A DNA stretch of 64,000 nucleotides from Lama glama (GCA_028534125.1 CM052816.1:66342001-66406000); one strand, 5' to 3'; positions 41,501 through 56,844 are shown, counted from the first letter of the stretch. A program made the numbers and translations. Notes: a model not told the origin generated them from the sequence alone.

Positions 41501-41740
41501 ACTTTTTAAACTTTTTTAAAAAACATTTCACTTTTTTCAGTATTCATTTCATTAAGTTTCCTCTTCCCCATCTGCCTGAAGAATATTTAACTTCAGTGTC
41601 AAAAACTAAGCACATCCATTGGATATAAGCAAGTTCAATTAGGACCTTGTGCATGGTTTTATGAAAAAATTTTTATTGATTACATAATAAAAATTAACGA
41701 AGATGCTGATCAAGCTTTCCCACCACCCTAATTCACACCC

Positions 41741-41822
41741 TTTTTTTTCTTTTAATTGAAGTGTAGTTGACTTACAATGTTGTGTTAATTTCTGGTATAC
41801 AGTATAGTGATTTATTTATGCA

Positions 41823-41876
<54 letters not shown>

Positions 41877-42347
41877 TTCCTTTTCATATTATTTTTCATT
41901 ATACACCATTACAAAGCATTGAATATAGTTCCCTGTGCTATATACAGTAGGACCTTGTTGTTTATCTATTTTATATATAGTAGTTTGTATCTGCAAATCC
42001 CAAACTCCCAACTTATCCCTCCCTATCCCTTTCCCCCCTGGTAACCATAAGTTTGTTTTTTACGTCTGTGAGTCAGTCTGTTTTGTAAGTAAGTTCATTT
42101 GTGTCCTTTTTTTAAAATTCCACATACCAGGATATCATATGGTATTTTTCTTTCTCTGTCTGACTTACTTAACATCATACTCTCCAGGTCCATCTGTGTT
42201 GCTGCAAATGGCACTGCTTCATTTTTTATGGCTGAGTAATATTCATTGTGTATATACACCATATCTTCTTTATCTGGTCATCTGTCAATAGATATTTAGG
42301 CTGTTTCCATGTCTTGGCTGTTGTAAACAGTGCTGCTATGAACACTG
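41741..42347 (-). mobile_element. 5'-truncated lineage-specific L1 (end of ORF2 plus 3' UTR) with internal (TG)(TA)(CA) microsatellite
   Basis: A T-tract is followed by aattgaagtgtagttgacttacaatg...gaatatagttccctgtgcta...ttccatgtcttggctgttgtaaacagtgctgctatgaacac. The flanks resemble a diverged TSD (attcacaccct / attcactcct). Confidence 0.9.
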
Positions 42348-45300
42348 CATTCACTCCTCTTCTTGCTCCATTGTTTATATAACTCCTTCAAGCTCTTTTT
42401 TTCTTTCTTTCCTGACATTTCTTTCCACAAATTGCCACTCCCCTTCCTTCTCCTATCATAAAGTGTTGATTCTTTTAGTCCAGAGAGGCACTGTGATACA
42501 TCAGTGCAAAAACTGAAAATTAGACATTTGTAGCCTCAGCACTACCAGGAATTTCATGAGGTCCCAGGCCAGCCTCTAACTCCCTCTTAGCCTGCACTCT
42601 CTGGTCTCTCCCTGCAAAGGGCTGGGGGTCTGGAGGGTGTTCTGCTCCTAGGGGTGTAGACTCAATTCCTCCCTGGTATTAGGTTGGCCCATTATGTTGC
42701 TGTTTGCTCAGTTACATGGTTGACCTAATGGATAAAACAGTAAATAACCAAGATAAATTTCTTCAGCTTGCTATTACTGAGAGGCAGTTAGTGATGGGTA
42801 GTGTTAATAATTGCTTCAAGAGATCTTAATGGTGAATCTATGCTTTCATATACAAATAAAGTGTAAGCAAATAGAATGTAATGTCCTTTAGACATCTGTA
42901 CTTCCTCTGCTCTGTGTTCTCTCCTCTGATCCTCTCAAACCTCTGCTTGTTTGAGCCTTAATAAATGTTAATTTCAATCATACTAACATGTACACATCAT
43001 TTAAGAATATTATGAAAAGCAGCAGTCCAAGGCCCCAACATTCCATGTAACCTTAATCCTGGTGCTCATATTTCTCAATAGTATGTTTTTCCTGCTTTTT
43101 CTTATTGGTCAATTTTAGACATTACTCATTGCCTTCCTATTATAATAGAGGAGTGTTGAGCTCAGTGATACCCTTACCCCAATCTCCTTTCCCTCCAAAC
43201 TCTCAATGAAATCACAGAAAAACGGCACAAGGTCTCAGTTCATCAAATGGTCTGCTTTATAACCCTGCAACTGTTCTTCACTGTTGAGAGAAGTACTGTC
43301 TCGCTCTTGTTCATCTTTCAGACTTTTGGGAAGTTAATAATTACCTTGTGTTTCATTTGCTTCATAGTCTATGGATGTGTGATTCTTCCCAATAGCTCCA
43401 TGAGTCTCTTACTACTACTATCATCTGGTCAAACACATCAGATAATCTATCAGATTGTCTCCTTCATTTCCACTTTTGGTGGTGCCTGATGTTTCCAAGT
43501 TCTGAGATTTGACGAGGTTCAGCAGGATGAATCTCCTACCATGGATAAGTCAGTTCTCCTCTCCAGTGGCTTTCCCCGTTCCAAAATTGTGAACAGCCTT
43601 CAAGACCCCCTCTCCTGCCCTCTTTATCTCTGTCATTTTATGGGGAGTTTAGAGGGCAGAGGGAAATATCTGTGTTCAAGCATCTCTGTTTATCTAGAAG
43701 TCTCCTTTCCTATACCTTTCTGTGTTCTCTACTGTTAAACAAATTATCTGTGTAGTGCAGCTCCTGTGTGAGAAAACTGGGTGAATAAGTGGTTTTAGTC
43801 AGAGAGGGAGGTCAGACTTCAAGAACTAAAAAGAGATGCCCAGGATGTGACCCTAAGGGTAGTCAAATGACCTGGAATGAAAGGTGAAGGTCATGGAGAT
43901 ACAAAGGTCAAGGAAATGAGAGGCCAGCAAGGTAGATAAACCATGTCTCCAGGCAAGGAGAAGCGTAAGTCTGTGGAAATTTGTTACAGAGGCAACAGGA
44001 AATGAATGCAGGGTAATATTCTGATATTTTTTTTTCCTAAATAGTTGCTTGGCATTGTGTGTGTATATGTGTTTACATATGTGTCTGTGTGTACAACACA
44101 CAAGCTTATGGGTCATTTTCTTCTCATGGTTCACTTCAATAATGCTGCATTCAAAACATAAGATCTTTCTGAATCATTCTTCATCTGGTTTCTGGGCATT
44201 GTAAGTTTTTCTCTTTGGTTAGACAGCCTGGAAAAATTCCTTTTTTTTTTTTAAGGTTCTAGAATTTTGAGCCACATTTCCCTGACTATCCCTTGTAAAC
44301 AAAGCCAAGTTCCCTGTTTATTTCAGTTTATAAGATTATGGCCATCAGTCATTTAAAATACGCAGTTGAAGGAATTTTTATATTCCAAAAGAAATAAGCA
44401 AAAATTTGAATGACACGAAAATCTGCTGACAAACTGAATCTCTGAAAGCCTGAGCTCAGCACACATTTCTTACTGAAAACCAAACATTCCGTTACCTAAA
44501 GGGTATGTTTGCCACCCAAGGACTCAGAAGAAAACATTGCCTCTGCTTATTTCACTGTGCAAAGAAACGGCTGCGTGAGTTTACTGGCTAATTTGGATTT
44601 GCTGGTTCTGATTCTGGTTTTTGAGCCAGGGAGCAGCAGTGAATAGCTTAATTTGAGGTTAACAGCATTCAAATAAAGTAAAGATCACCTGAAGGCATTC
44701 TTTTCAGAAGACAGCTAGTTAACTGGAAAAGTTGCCTTTGGTCAGAGAAACAGAAGGCTATGAGACTGTCAAGAACAGAATGTGTCCTTCCATGTGGAAA
44801 AACCATCAGATGAAAGGCTTTAACCGGATAACTAACGTGTCTAGATAAGACCACAAGCTCAATGTGTAACAGAGTTGTCTGCCCCCCAATATTAAGATTA
44901 AAATGTGCCAAATGTCATGTCCTCAATCAGGACAGATTCCCCTTTCATGGAAGACCCTGTTAAGAGTAAGAGAAACCTAGCATCTGAGAGATGAAAGGGG
45001 CTTTAGAGAGTTATCTAGTTCAAACTGTGCAGGTGAGACTCAGAGCGATCACTGAACCCAATGAAAGCCACAAAGAAAGTGAGCCATGTCCCAAGTCCTA
45101 GACCATGGCGCTGACAGCATCCCTCACTGTCTTCCCTTAGTTGTAGCACCCACCCCACACTGTGGCCTCTCCTTCACTCATCTTATACTGTCCTGCCTTG
45201 CTCACAGCAGCCAGCACTTTGTCTCCTTGTTCTGGCCTAGATGATTGGGGTAGCAGAGTATGACAGGGGCCACATGTAACCAGCTTGGAGTCCATCCAGT

Positions 45301-46903
45301 TAGGAAGCACATATTAGCCAGAATCTAAAATGATAATATTCCTTAAGCAGAAAAAGAAAGTCTTCTTTGGATATATAATGCCTCCTCCCAGTAGTACAGG
45401 GTTTTTCTATTTATACACACATCCAACCAAGACAATAAAATGAGATTTTTAAAAATCAGAATAATAATCCTTTTGAGTCAACAATAAAGGAGCTTAGCAT
45501 TATTTACATTATTCTAAGTTTTTAAAAAATCATGATTAAATTGGAATTGGAATGACTTACAGTTTGATTATTGTTAAAACAGAGAATGGTTGCATTTAGA
45601 TTTTTACTCAGTTTAAAATAAATCTCTCAGGCAGAGTTAGAAAAAAATTGTTAGTAACATAAGAAATATTTGTTTCTAAGAGTTAACACATTAATGCTCT
45701 TTTCTGATACATGCATGGAAGACTGTTAAAATACAAAAAACAAACAAACAAGCAAAACAAAACAAAAGGCTGCTTTGCTGAGAGATGACCTCTTGACAAT
45801 AATTTTTTCCTAACCATTTTCCCAAAGTCAGTGACTTACATAGTCATAACATGAAGCTTCTTTACTTTAAAAAGTCTGGTTGACTCCATGTATCCTCCTC
45901 AAATTACAAATTAGTAACTGTAATCACTTTGAACATGAATACACATTATACTGTATCAGTTTCAGCTATTTGCAGTATAATGTTCTGAGTACGTATCTTT
46001 TTGTTATCAAATATCATATAAGTCTCATTACTAGTCATCAAGTTAGTTTGAATTAAATAGTTGAAATTATGGAATAGTCTCCATAACTTTCGTCTTACAT
46101 GAAAAATAAATAGTTATGAATTTAGCACCATAAATTAGGATTCTCTAAGCTTTAAAATTTAGAATGGATCAATAATCATTTTTATCATTTCTCTAAAAAG
46201 TTGCTTATAATTATTTTCAAGAGCTTACATGGCTCCCTCTTTCCTTGATGCCTACCCCCCACATATGTACACTGAACACACACACACACAAGCACAGATA
46301 GACACATAATAATCTAGCTATTTTTCAGTAAACCAGTAAAAGTAGAGGACATCTGTTTTACAAATCAGTCTTCAATTCTAGCTCATTACCCTCTCCACTA
46401 AGCTAGTGTGAAAGGTATGTCACAGAAACACTGTTTACTTCCTTAAATAAGTAGAAAATGTTAGTATTTCTTTAACTCAATATCCTTTGGACCACTGCTG
46501 TGGGCTTTGTCATTTCTCTAGGACTTCTTCACAATCTGAGACTGAACAGTTAGATAAGGTATCATCCAGTTAGAAAGTTAACAATTCAGTTCTCTGGCCC
46601 ATGATTTGATTCAATTTAAAAGACACTGAGAACCTGGTTATGATTCCAAAACTTTGCTAGGTTCTAGAGAGGATTAATATAATGGATAAGACACGTTAGC
46701 ACTAACTCTTCAGTAAAATATCAAGGTGTGTCCCTACCCATGTCTTACTCTTTATAGAAAAATAAATTTGAGGACCACAAATAAGGTAAAAAAGCAAAAA
46801 TAAAACAAAAAAATTAATAAAAACTATCAATCTGGCTTGCTGGCCATCTGAAAGCTCTATAGGAAAGGTAAGTTTTAAGATAGTTTTAATAAATATTGGA
46901 ACA

Positions 46904-47340
46904 TGTTATGGGTTGAATTACGCCCCTTTCCAAATTGATATGTTGACATCCTAACCCCCAGTACCTCAGACTATGACCTTATTTGGAAATAAGGTCATTG
47001 CACATATAATTCATTAAGCTAGGATGAGGTCATACCAGTAGCACTGGCCCCAATCCTGTATGACCGGCATCCTTCTAAGAAGGGGAAACTTGGAAATAGA
47101 ATGCACACAAGGAGAACACCACATGTAGACTGGAGATGCTGCTACAGTGCAAGGAACTACGAGAAGCTAGGAGATAGGCCTGGAACAGACCCTTCCCTGG
47201 AGACTCAGAGGGCGTGTGAGCCTGAGGACACCTTAGTTTTGGACTTCTGGCCTCCAGAACTGTGAAACAAGATACATTTCTGTTGTTCAAACCACCTAGT
47301 TTGTGGAAATTGATTATGTCACTCCTAATAAACTAATACA
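46904..47340 (+). mobile_element. MLT1 (MLT1B-like) MaLR solo LTR
   Basis: It starts TGTTATGGGTTGAATT and ends AAACTAATACA, with internal ggacttctggcctccagaactgtga. Confidence 0.9.
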
Positions 47341-48687
47341 GAGTGGGAAAAGCCATTCTAAGCAAATATAAAAACTAGAAGCCATAAAAATCATTGATAA
47401 GTTTAAATAGAAAAATTTTTTTTAAATCTGTATGGTGAAGGAAAACAAAACAAAGCAGAATATAAAACAAAAATTTCAAGTGAGGGCCCCAAACAGAAGA
47501 GAATAAATAGCAAGTATCCTCACATACTAATCAGGTTCTGGGTTATCAGTGCAGGACCTGAAAAGGGGGTGATCAAAGGGGCTCCCAAGATAAGCCCATC
47601 CCCCACCAACGGTCAATAAAAGTAAGGAATGAGAGAGAATTCAGAGTGGCCATGGTTTCTTCGGAGGTTAGAGAGAAGGGCGTCAGAGTGCTATGGAATT
47701 TCCTTGGTCCTTAACAGAGCTGGAATGAGGAAGGCCTCAGAGGACACCTGAGAAAGAGCAACCTAGGTCTCCTGGGGTTGGGGGAACACTGGGACTTTTT
47801 CTTTGAAATGACCCTAAAGGTAAATGGTGGATGGGAGCCAGCTTCCTAGCAGAGCCAAGAGCCAAACTGTGTCAGGAAAGGGTGTCCTTTCACAGCCCCA
47901 CAGGGGGAGGATATAGGGGCAATCCCTTGGGCCAGATTGGGGACCTGCAAAAAGAGTAAGGCTTAAGCTGCATGGAAAGGCACCCAGCCCAAGAGGACCA
48001 CCTGAAGGAGAAAGTTGATGCCAGTAGAGGGATTGCCAAAGCAGGAAACTGGAAGGCTGAGGAAGGGTCCCTGAGAGCTCAGAAGATATGTTCATCTCAG
48101 ATCACCATGAGGAATATTCTTAACAGGAATCCTAAACTTGACGTGATCAAATCCAGTGATTTGTGTAACACTGCTTGTAGGCACCACTGATTTGGGTCTT
48201 GATACTTTCTTTTGGCAGTTATTTGCTTGAAAGGCCAAAAAAAAAAAAAAGGCAGAATAGACAAATGGCCTCTGGTGGGAGATGCTGACGGGGTGTTGGG
48301 AAGCACATTTCCTTCCCATCTCAGTGTGGCTGTGACTCCAATTTGCTATGCTTGAATGCCTGCCATGTGTGGAAATGAAGCATCGGCAAGGTTTTCTGCT
48401 GAGAAGAAAATTTAAACAGCAGATGGGAGAAAGACACAGAAAGCTGAAATTACGGTATGGGGAAAGTTTAAATTGTATCTGCACAAAGGAATCTTAAAAG
48501 TATTTAATGAAAATGGTTATTACAGAGATAGGAAGTAAGTCAGGGTATAGCCAAGGAGGTAGGATAGAAATGAATAAAATTAGGTTTGGGAAAAAAAAAG
48601 TTTCTCTTTTTAAGAGCTATTTAATGTCATCTGAAATATAGTCTCAAAGAGCTGAAATTAATGGGGTACTGAATGGACACAAAGCCA

Positions 48688-48944
48688 TTTTTTTTAATTG
48701 AAGTATAGCTGATTAACAATGTTGTGTTAGTTTCTGGTGTACAGCATAGTGTTTCAGCTAGACATATACATACATACGTATATATTCCTTTTCATATTCA
48801 TTATAGGCCATTGTTGGGTATTGAATATAGTTCCCTGTGCTATATGGTAGGACCATGTTGTTTATTCTGCATATAATAGTTTGTATCTGCTGATCCCAAA
48901 CCCCTAATTTATCCCTCTCCCCACCTTTCCCCTTTGGTAACCAT
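48688..48944 (-). mobile_element. Short lineage-specific L1 3' end
   Basis: Diagnostic sequence: tttttttaattgaagtatagctgatt...gaatatagttccctgtgc...ttcccctttggtaaccat. Confidence 0.88.
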
Positions 48945-51900
48945 TCTCATGGAGAAGTCTGTAGAAAGGTATATACTGAGACTGAGACAAGTTTGCAGTA
49001 GAAGTAAACTCTGATTGAGGGGAACAGGAAGAAGTTACTCCAAATGAGAGACATGCATGAGGAATAGCTGGTAGGGTTTTGAGGCTCAACTCAAAGGGCT
49101 CAATATGATGCTGAAGGTGTTAGATTCACCAATAGGTCTGAGAAATTTACTCAGGGGTCTCTGAGCCCTAGTTAAGTAAATGTAGGTTCATAAAGCCATG
49201 GTGCTTTGGTTGTTTATCATGTGATTCAGGAGTGAGCTAGACTTCAGATTTGGAAAAGTTTATATTTGTATGCAGATGTTTCATCTCAACCTGTCCTAAC
49301 TTCAAAGAGAATTCAAATTTCTAAAGACAAATAAAAGAAGTCTTATACTTTATATCTTTACCATCTTTGGGTCTTAGGTTTTCAGCATACTTTCACATCT
49401 TCCAATATATTGTAACCTATTGAAAAGATCTGTGCATTTTAAATACACTATGAGATTCAATGTAAAGCGTCTTCACATGCATGTTGAACTTCATGCTATT
49501 GGAAACAGATCTGCAGTGTTAAGTATTTCATTATTGTATTGCACTGACCGCACAAGCTCCTGTACCATCTCCACTGGTAGTTTGGCAGATCTTTTTGACT
49601 GTCATCCACAAATTTTTCATGTGGATTGAGCAGAAAACATGATTTCCTGGCATTAGGTACCATTTCCCACTGTTTTCTCTTGTGTAGGAGAAAGAAAAAA
49701 ACTTTCCAAGTAGTAGTATCCATCAGATACTGGTTGGTTTATATTCAACTGCATTACTTAAGAGCATTCAACTAAAAACCTAGGATTCACCAGATTTACT
49801 GAAAAACACATTATTGCTCATTTTAAAGAGACAAAGCAACAATTCGGCCTCTAAAGATGTTTTCTGAAGAATGAGAGAAATTATGTCCAGAGGTCTAAAT
49901 AATTGGGGATGATTCACATAGAATTATATATGCTCATTGTTCTTATCAGTAATATATATCGCACCACATGAAATCACCTCAATTCTGATCCTGAGGGACC
50001 ATTTCTAAATTCCCTGTCTAGATTCCTCAAATATTTACTGAGTGAGATTTTATTCTGAAAAATGCGAACACTCTGCACCTTCTCAAAATTACTAATCTAT
50101 TACCTGGTCTGTAATTTGCCTGTACTATCAGTGACCTGTTCGTTAATCCACTAAATACATTTTAATAATTCATTGATTGATGTCATTTACGTCTATGGAA
50201 TAATTTCTATAGACAGTATATCTTTCTCTGATTAAATATTTCCTGTGTGTGTTTGCCAGGGCTGGAGAAAGTACATAGGTTTCATGGTAGGAATCATGAC
50301 CCCTCATTGCAGTAACTCTGAATGCCTCTGAGTTATTATAGATACGATCAGCTTGTAGAACCCTTGTACCTTACCAAACAGATGCAGATAAACAAAAAGT
50401 ATCTGAACATAACTGAAAATGTTGATCCCCTTGGTTTGGAAACATAATGTAAGAATCAAATCCAAATCCGAAGCCCCCTCCCTACCGACACACACCCCAA
50501 CTAGGCGGGAACTGAGATTTTGAGAAGCAGCATAGGGCAGTGGAAAGAATCTGCTTTCAGATGAGGCATCCCTGAGTCAAATCCTATGAAATGTGTTTTG
50601 AGTTTTAGTCTCTACAAAATGGAAATAGGCCGACTTTGTGGGATTGTCAAGACTGGAGATAATTTATATGCAGTTGGTTTGCTGAGAAGATAGGAACCAA
50701 ACTCACTTCCCCAGTACCATTTTCCAAATTGGATCAGGCTTGACGGGAGGAGAAACTCTGAGCTGGACTTCAGATGAACATTTTGTTTTGAATCAGGCTG
50801 GACTTTTTAACATCCGAAAGTGATATTACTCTAATACCTAAAACTAATCAGAATTTGTGGGAGCTGACAAAACATCCACGGAAAGGATTCATTAATAGAA
50901 CATGCTTTAAGGGTTGTGGGTTCTACTGTGAGTCCAGCCTACTCACTAAATAGATTTCTCAATGCAAAGCACCTCGCCTAATGCCTAGAATACAAGAAAA
51001 CACTTTTAAAAGTTTTCTATTTTAATATATCATACTGCCCACCTCCAGCTTCTCCTCGCACCGAGAACCTAATATGCTTATTAAAATGAAATACTAAAAT
51101 ACAATACAGTCCTGGAAAATCCTGAGAGATATTACTTAGAATAGCAAAGACTGGAACAATTGGATAATCGGATGTGGCCAGTGAGGGACAGAAGAACCGC
51201 AGGCCGTACCAGAAACTAAGTGGGTTGTGCTTTCTCAGAGTATCCATCGAGTCACAAGAGAACTGCTGGCCCAAACCGAAGTTCCCCAAGAAGAAGGAAG
51301 AATAATACACTGGAGGATCGAATTTCCCAGAGGTTGATTCCTTACACATTTTCAGTCTCAAGACCATGGAATGTTGAAGAAGGACATGACCTTCAAGAAC
51401 CATCCATTCCAATCTCCTGTTTTACAGGTGAGAAAACTGAGACTCAAGGAGCAACTTGGCAAATTACAGGTGCGCTTAGAGAACACAGAACCCCTGACTC
51501 CAATCCAAATGCTGTTTTTACTCTATCTCATTATCGCAGAAACACTGGGACGTTGTACTTTTAATACATTTTGCTTTCATTTGTAGCCCCACTTGAAAGC
51601 TCCATAGTAACACATATTAAAAGTATCATTACTGTAAAGTTCTGGCATTATCACAGCTAGTTCATCATCTACCAAGCGGAAAGGATGAGTAAAGGGCAAG
51701 CATGTAAATAATCCTTACTTAACATAAAAGTTATTTCTAGGAGCTTTCTTATTTGTATCATGCCATTTTTAAGTGTATTTTAATTTCACTTAATTCCTCA
51801 GCCAATCTCCTGGTGCAGGGGGTATATTCTCAGTATTTCTGAATAACAGTTGTAGTTCACCAGTAGCCTACTCCTTATGGAAATAAGCTTGCAAAGTTTA

Positions 51901-52294
51901 TTTTGGACATCAGCATACACGGAGCAAAAGCAGACGAAAAGTGAAACCTCAATTAAATTTGAGTCACATAGACTACAACCAAAACTCTTCAGGATAAATC
52001 ACATTTTATTTTGAAATTCTATCCAGCTGGTAGTCTCTTAAGTTCATAATCAGAGAGCTGATATGACGAGATGAGAAGGACTTAATTAAAAGCACGTGCT
52101 TGAGAAGAGAATAAATTATATCAGCCGTTTTAGGGGTACATTTTTTTAAATGGTTCCAATTCCAAACTGTGTAAATTTTGGATAAATGTCTAAAATCCAG
52201 GAAAATATACTGGAAAATAAGCAACATGCTCTAGGAATTCTAACTAGAAATACTCTGTTGCTTTACTTCAACAGTGGAGTCATCACACATGCTG

Positions 52295-52510
52295 GTTCTG
52301 GAAACAGACAGCCTGTGCTCTGTCTCTTGCTAACTATGTGACCTTGAGCAAGTTAACTTTCCCACTATGTAGTTTATTCAGCTTTCAATGGGAGATAATA
52401 GGAGTACCTACAACATAAGGTTGTTGTGAGAATTAAATTCTTTTATTAACATTTGGAACAGTGCCTGGCATGAGTAAGTGTCAGGCTTTTTGTGATTATT
52501 ATTATTATTA
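52295..52510 (+). mobile_element. MIR SINE
   Basis: MIR core: taactatgtgaccttgagcaagtt...ggttgttgtgagaattaaat...aacagtgcctggcatgagtaagtg. Confidence 0.8.
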
Positions 52511-54024
52511 TCTTCAGGAAAGGAAACAGCACACAATCAGCAGCAGTCCACAGCTGACCAATCACGAGGAAGAGGAGGAGGATCACTGAACAGGACCTTA
52601 GGGGTAAGTGATTCAACCTGTCACTTGGTAGAAGAAATGGGGGCCTGGTGAGGTTGTGGCTTGCTGAAACAAATAAGAGGCCAGCTCTCCCCTGCTCAGA
52701 AGTCCACCTGAAAGCTGGCCAGATGCTTCTGCATGAGTTTGATTTCATAGATGTCATTCTATATTGACCAGATACGGCACTTGGAGTGCACACTGTGCCT
52801 CACCAGGGCAAAGCCGGGCCAAGTCAGTAGTGGAAATGAGACCAGGATCTGACTTTGACCATGAGGTTCCTCAGGTAGTCAGTAAAATAAAAAATGCCCC
52901 AGCTGTCAAACCAAGCAGGCATAAGGCTTCTGCTTAACTTACTTTCACATAGTTACATATCAGGCATATAATTTAAACAAATAAGAACTGCAATTCTATA
53001 ATATGTAGATTTTAAGGTGATAAATACATGATTTGTCTTTGATAACATTTCCACATTTTTGGGCATGTTTTTATGTGCACCTTTTTTTATGTTGGAAATG
53101 CATAATTACATAACTTTGCTTTGAAATTTGGCAGATCCTTAAGAGAAATTTGGCTGAGAACATTATCACATTCAGCATAGCCCAGGAAGTCCAAAATCAC
53201 CAAAAAGGGAAAGATAGTAGAAGAGAAATGTGTCTTTTCCATAGATGCTGAGAACAAATCACTTCTGTTGTTTAGCAATTTTTTTCCTCAAATTATATCT
53301 GAGCTAAAGTTTTTTAAAAAGAATTTTTTAAACCCATCCTTTGGAAACATTTTTACTTTAAAGAGTGTCCGTAGGCTTAGAATAGAGGGCTGTATCACTG
53401 GCCTTCCCAAAGGGCAATGAATAGGCACCAGGGGGTGTCCTGGCTCTGAAATTGTATGTTAATTGTTTGGATGAGCCTGTGATGGAGTGATGGAGGAAGA
53501 AGAGAGGATAATAGTTTCCATTAGATTCTCAAAAGCCTTTATGATTCCTCCCCTCACCCCTCAAATAATAAACCGGTCTTGAGAATACTGAGGCAGGTAG
53601 AAAAATGATCAGTGGATACGTACATTCACAGGGGATATTCAACAGACGGTATAAATGGCTGCATGTTGCCTTTTCTCCAAATTTTCAAAACAAAAGAGTA
53701 TGAGGGCAAAAAAAGATTAAACCATTTCAGAAATCTCTAAATCATCCCATGGAAAAAAATGTTGGTTATGAAAGGAAATGTGGAGTTCTTTATGAGAACT
53801 GAAGGACCAGGTTTTGGTTGACTCTCACCTTGGTCTGGCCTGTGTGAGCAACATTTAGGATCATGACAGACTCCAGTGCTAGTATCAAGCAAGGATCACA
53901 CACAATTCATTCACCTGATCTTTTTAACACGGTGGAGTTAATACTGTTAGGTCCATTTTGTAGGTGAGAAATCAAAGCACAGAGAGGACAAGTGACTTGC
54001 TCAAGATCTAAGAACCAATTATCT

Positions 54025-54230
54025 ATATATAGGACCTACTGTATAGCACAGGGAACTATATTCAATTTCTTGTAATGAACTGTAATGGAAAAGAATCTGA
54101 AAAAAAAGAACATATATATACATGTATGTATATATATAACCAAATCACTTTGCTGTACACCTGAAATTAACATTGTAAATCGAACACACCTCAAAAAGAT
54201 AAGAATTAATTTTTTAAAAAGAACAAAAAG
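54025..54230 (+). mobile_element. Short L1 3' end inserted into a minus-strand MIR
   Basis: The L1 UTR ggacctactgtatagcacagggaactatattcaa... has a 14-bp TSD, AGAACCA(A/G)TTATCT, at 54011-54024 and 54231-54244. The flanks are MIR (ccattttgtaggtgagaaa...gtgacttgctcaagatc / ggagctggcctggaccccaggc). Confidence 0.88.
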
Positions 54231-55835
54231 AGAACCAGTTATCTGCGGAGCTGGCCTGGACCCCAGGCATTCGGACTCCTGAGCCAGTGCATCTAACATG
54301 TAGGTCTTCCTGCCTCCAGAGAGGCCCCAGCCAACCCAGGAACCTGGATTTATACCATCACAGTTAGCTGTGCGTCGGATTTGTGGCCGAGGGAGGCTGT
54401 CAGGAAGGAGGCTGGATGTGAGCTGAGCCCACCGCCCTGAGCCGACTGCCCTCCATGCTCTAGCAGTCTCTGGGTGTGGTCTGCTGTGACTTGGGGAGCA
54501 AGCTCTTGGAACAGGGGGTTGCATCTCAAGAGTAGGATTTTCTCTATTTCTGACAAGGGGAAATGATACTGTGTGTGGCCACATTTGGGATGATAGAAGT
54601 CATTCCTGCTAGTGTCTAAAGCACGATGAGAATTAGAGGCTCCTAATTCTCAGTTTAAGATCATTTCTAGTCCCCCATGGTCTCCCATGAAATGTTCCCC
54701 TAGAATTTTTTCACATTCTAAGTCTCAGTAGATGTATATAATTTTTTAACTGTAAGCTTAAGCAGGAATGACTTCCACCTCTCCGCTACAGTGTTCTTAT
54801 TTATGAACTGGTATATTAAACTAGATGCCCTGAGGTCTTTAAGATTGGATGATTCTATGATTTGATCCTGATTATGTGTCATAACTTATACTTCATGTAG
54901 ATTCAGAAGAAATGATTTTGTAAACTAGTGTGATCTTCTCCACAGAGGAGACTAGGCTGTGGGAGTCATTAAAACTATTTGAGTTTTAATAATGACTTTG
55001 TGAAATGTTTCAAGTGCCAAGGAAATTTCAGTCATTTTTGAGGTTAACGAGAATTCCAGGCTGATATTAAAATCTAATTTAAAACTAGATTCTCAATTTG
55101 TCTTCCACGCTCCCAACCTCCCACCCCCATATCCAAGCTGCAAATAAATTCTAGATAGTGCGAACCATTTTTTTGCAAGCTAATTTCTCCCTTTATCTCT
55201 GAGGTTCAGGTCAATTTGCTCCACTTCGTGTTCTAATCACTTTTCTCTAAAGAGGAAAGGAAGGAATACGACTTAGCACTAGCACAGACAGGCTTTTAAG
55301 GTAGGCAACTGTAACAAAAAAAATTAATGAACTGTCTGTACCACAGGGATATCATACCAATTTCAGGATGTGCATGGGTAATGTAAGTTACATGCTGGCA
55401 GCACCTGCAATTGAGGCATTTCTACTCAAGCCAACGTCTCTCCACAGTCTGTGTCCATGTTACAAGAATCCAAATGGTTTCACTCACGAGAAACCCTGAC
55501 TTGAGCCCGGTGGGAGGTAGACATTGATAATTACATGTCAGTATAATATGCATAGGACTGTACCACAATAAAATAGTTATCAAGAGATTATTTTAGGAGT
55601 TAAGCCAAGTTAAAATAAATAAAACTCAAATTTACCCAAGTAGATTTACACTGGCATTATTAAAGACGCGTTTTTCTTAATGCTATTGATTCTCCTTAGA
55701 AGCTTCTGGTAAAATGGAACAACTTACCTCATGGGGCTGCCATGAAGGTTAAAAAATACAATACATATACAATTCTTAGAAAAGTAACTGGCACATACAT
55801 ATAGCAAACGCTCCATGAATAATACCCATTTCATC

Positions 55836-56230
55836 TGTTAGGGATTTTGTTTGGCTCCACGTAACAGGTACATAAAAGCAGCTGCTTAACCAAATGAGTA
55901 CACTTCCCTTAGGCAACAGAAACCTGGGGTAGACAGCCCAGTGCTGGTATGGAAGTTCCAGGATGCCATCGAGGTCCCAGGTCCTCTCATCTGGCCATTT
56001 GGCTTTTGTCCTAAGGCATGCAAAGATGGCCCCTACACCTCCAAGCGTCATAACCACATTCTCAGAAAAGAGGGAGAAGAAACGGTAGAGAGCACTGTTG
56101 CCACCATGTCTGTCCTTTTCTTTAAATCAGGAAAACAACAGAAAGCTGGCCTAGAAGACTTCTGATCATATCCCTCTTGCTAGAACTCAGTCACGTGGAA
56201 CCACACGGCTGTAAAGGAGGCTGAGAAATC
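55836..56230 (-). mobile_element. Old MLT1 (MLT1J/K-like) MaLR LTR
   Basis: Motifs gcttaaccaaat, caaagatggc...cacctcca and gctagaact..gtcacgtgg...gctgtaaaggaggctgagaaat. Confidence 0.65.
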
Positions 56231-56844
56231 AAATTTTATAACTAGACACATTGCAACACTCAATAAAATCTGCTCCCATTCTGAGGACCATCAATAGTGT
56301 ATAAAACCAATCCCATTTGTCCCCAGTTAACACTATACTCTGGTGCTGCTGGCATGGAAGAGGTGTGAAAAGATACTGGGAGAGCAACCAGAAGGGTCTG
56401 ACAGAGCTATTATCACGATGCATTGACACACCACAGAATCTATCTGAGGGCATCACATAAATTTGTTTTCCAATTCTATGGCAATTGGCTGTCTCCTTAG
56501 GACAAAATGCCCAAAGGTTCAGAAGCAACAAAAGAAATCTCTGGCTTTGGTCTGACGTCCCACACACGTCACCACTGCACTGTTGTTTCCATGTCTTCGG
56601 TCAGCTTTGCATCAGCACTTTTCATGAATCACCTCCACTATCCTGTGAGTCAGCTCCCATGTAATTAGCTTCACTTTCATCATCTGTCTTCAGAAATATT
56701 GCCGTTTCTTCCTGGGGAAGATACTGGCCTTTCTGCTTCTATCTCAGCTGAGGCCCCTGGCTGATTCGCACCTGAATTGCAGCCAAGTAGGTCACCAGCA
56801 GCCCCATCTCTAGTTCTAGGTACACGGCTCACCCTGGCTGGCTC

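Noticed and set aside
54036..54584. Longest ORF in the track (182 aa, minus strand)
   Set aside because: It runs through MIR and L1 3' UTR sequence, has no recognisable domain and has no supporting exon structure.
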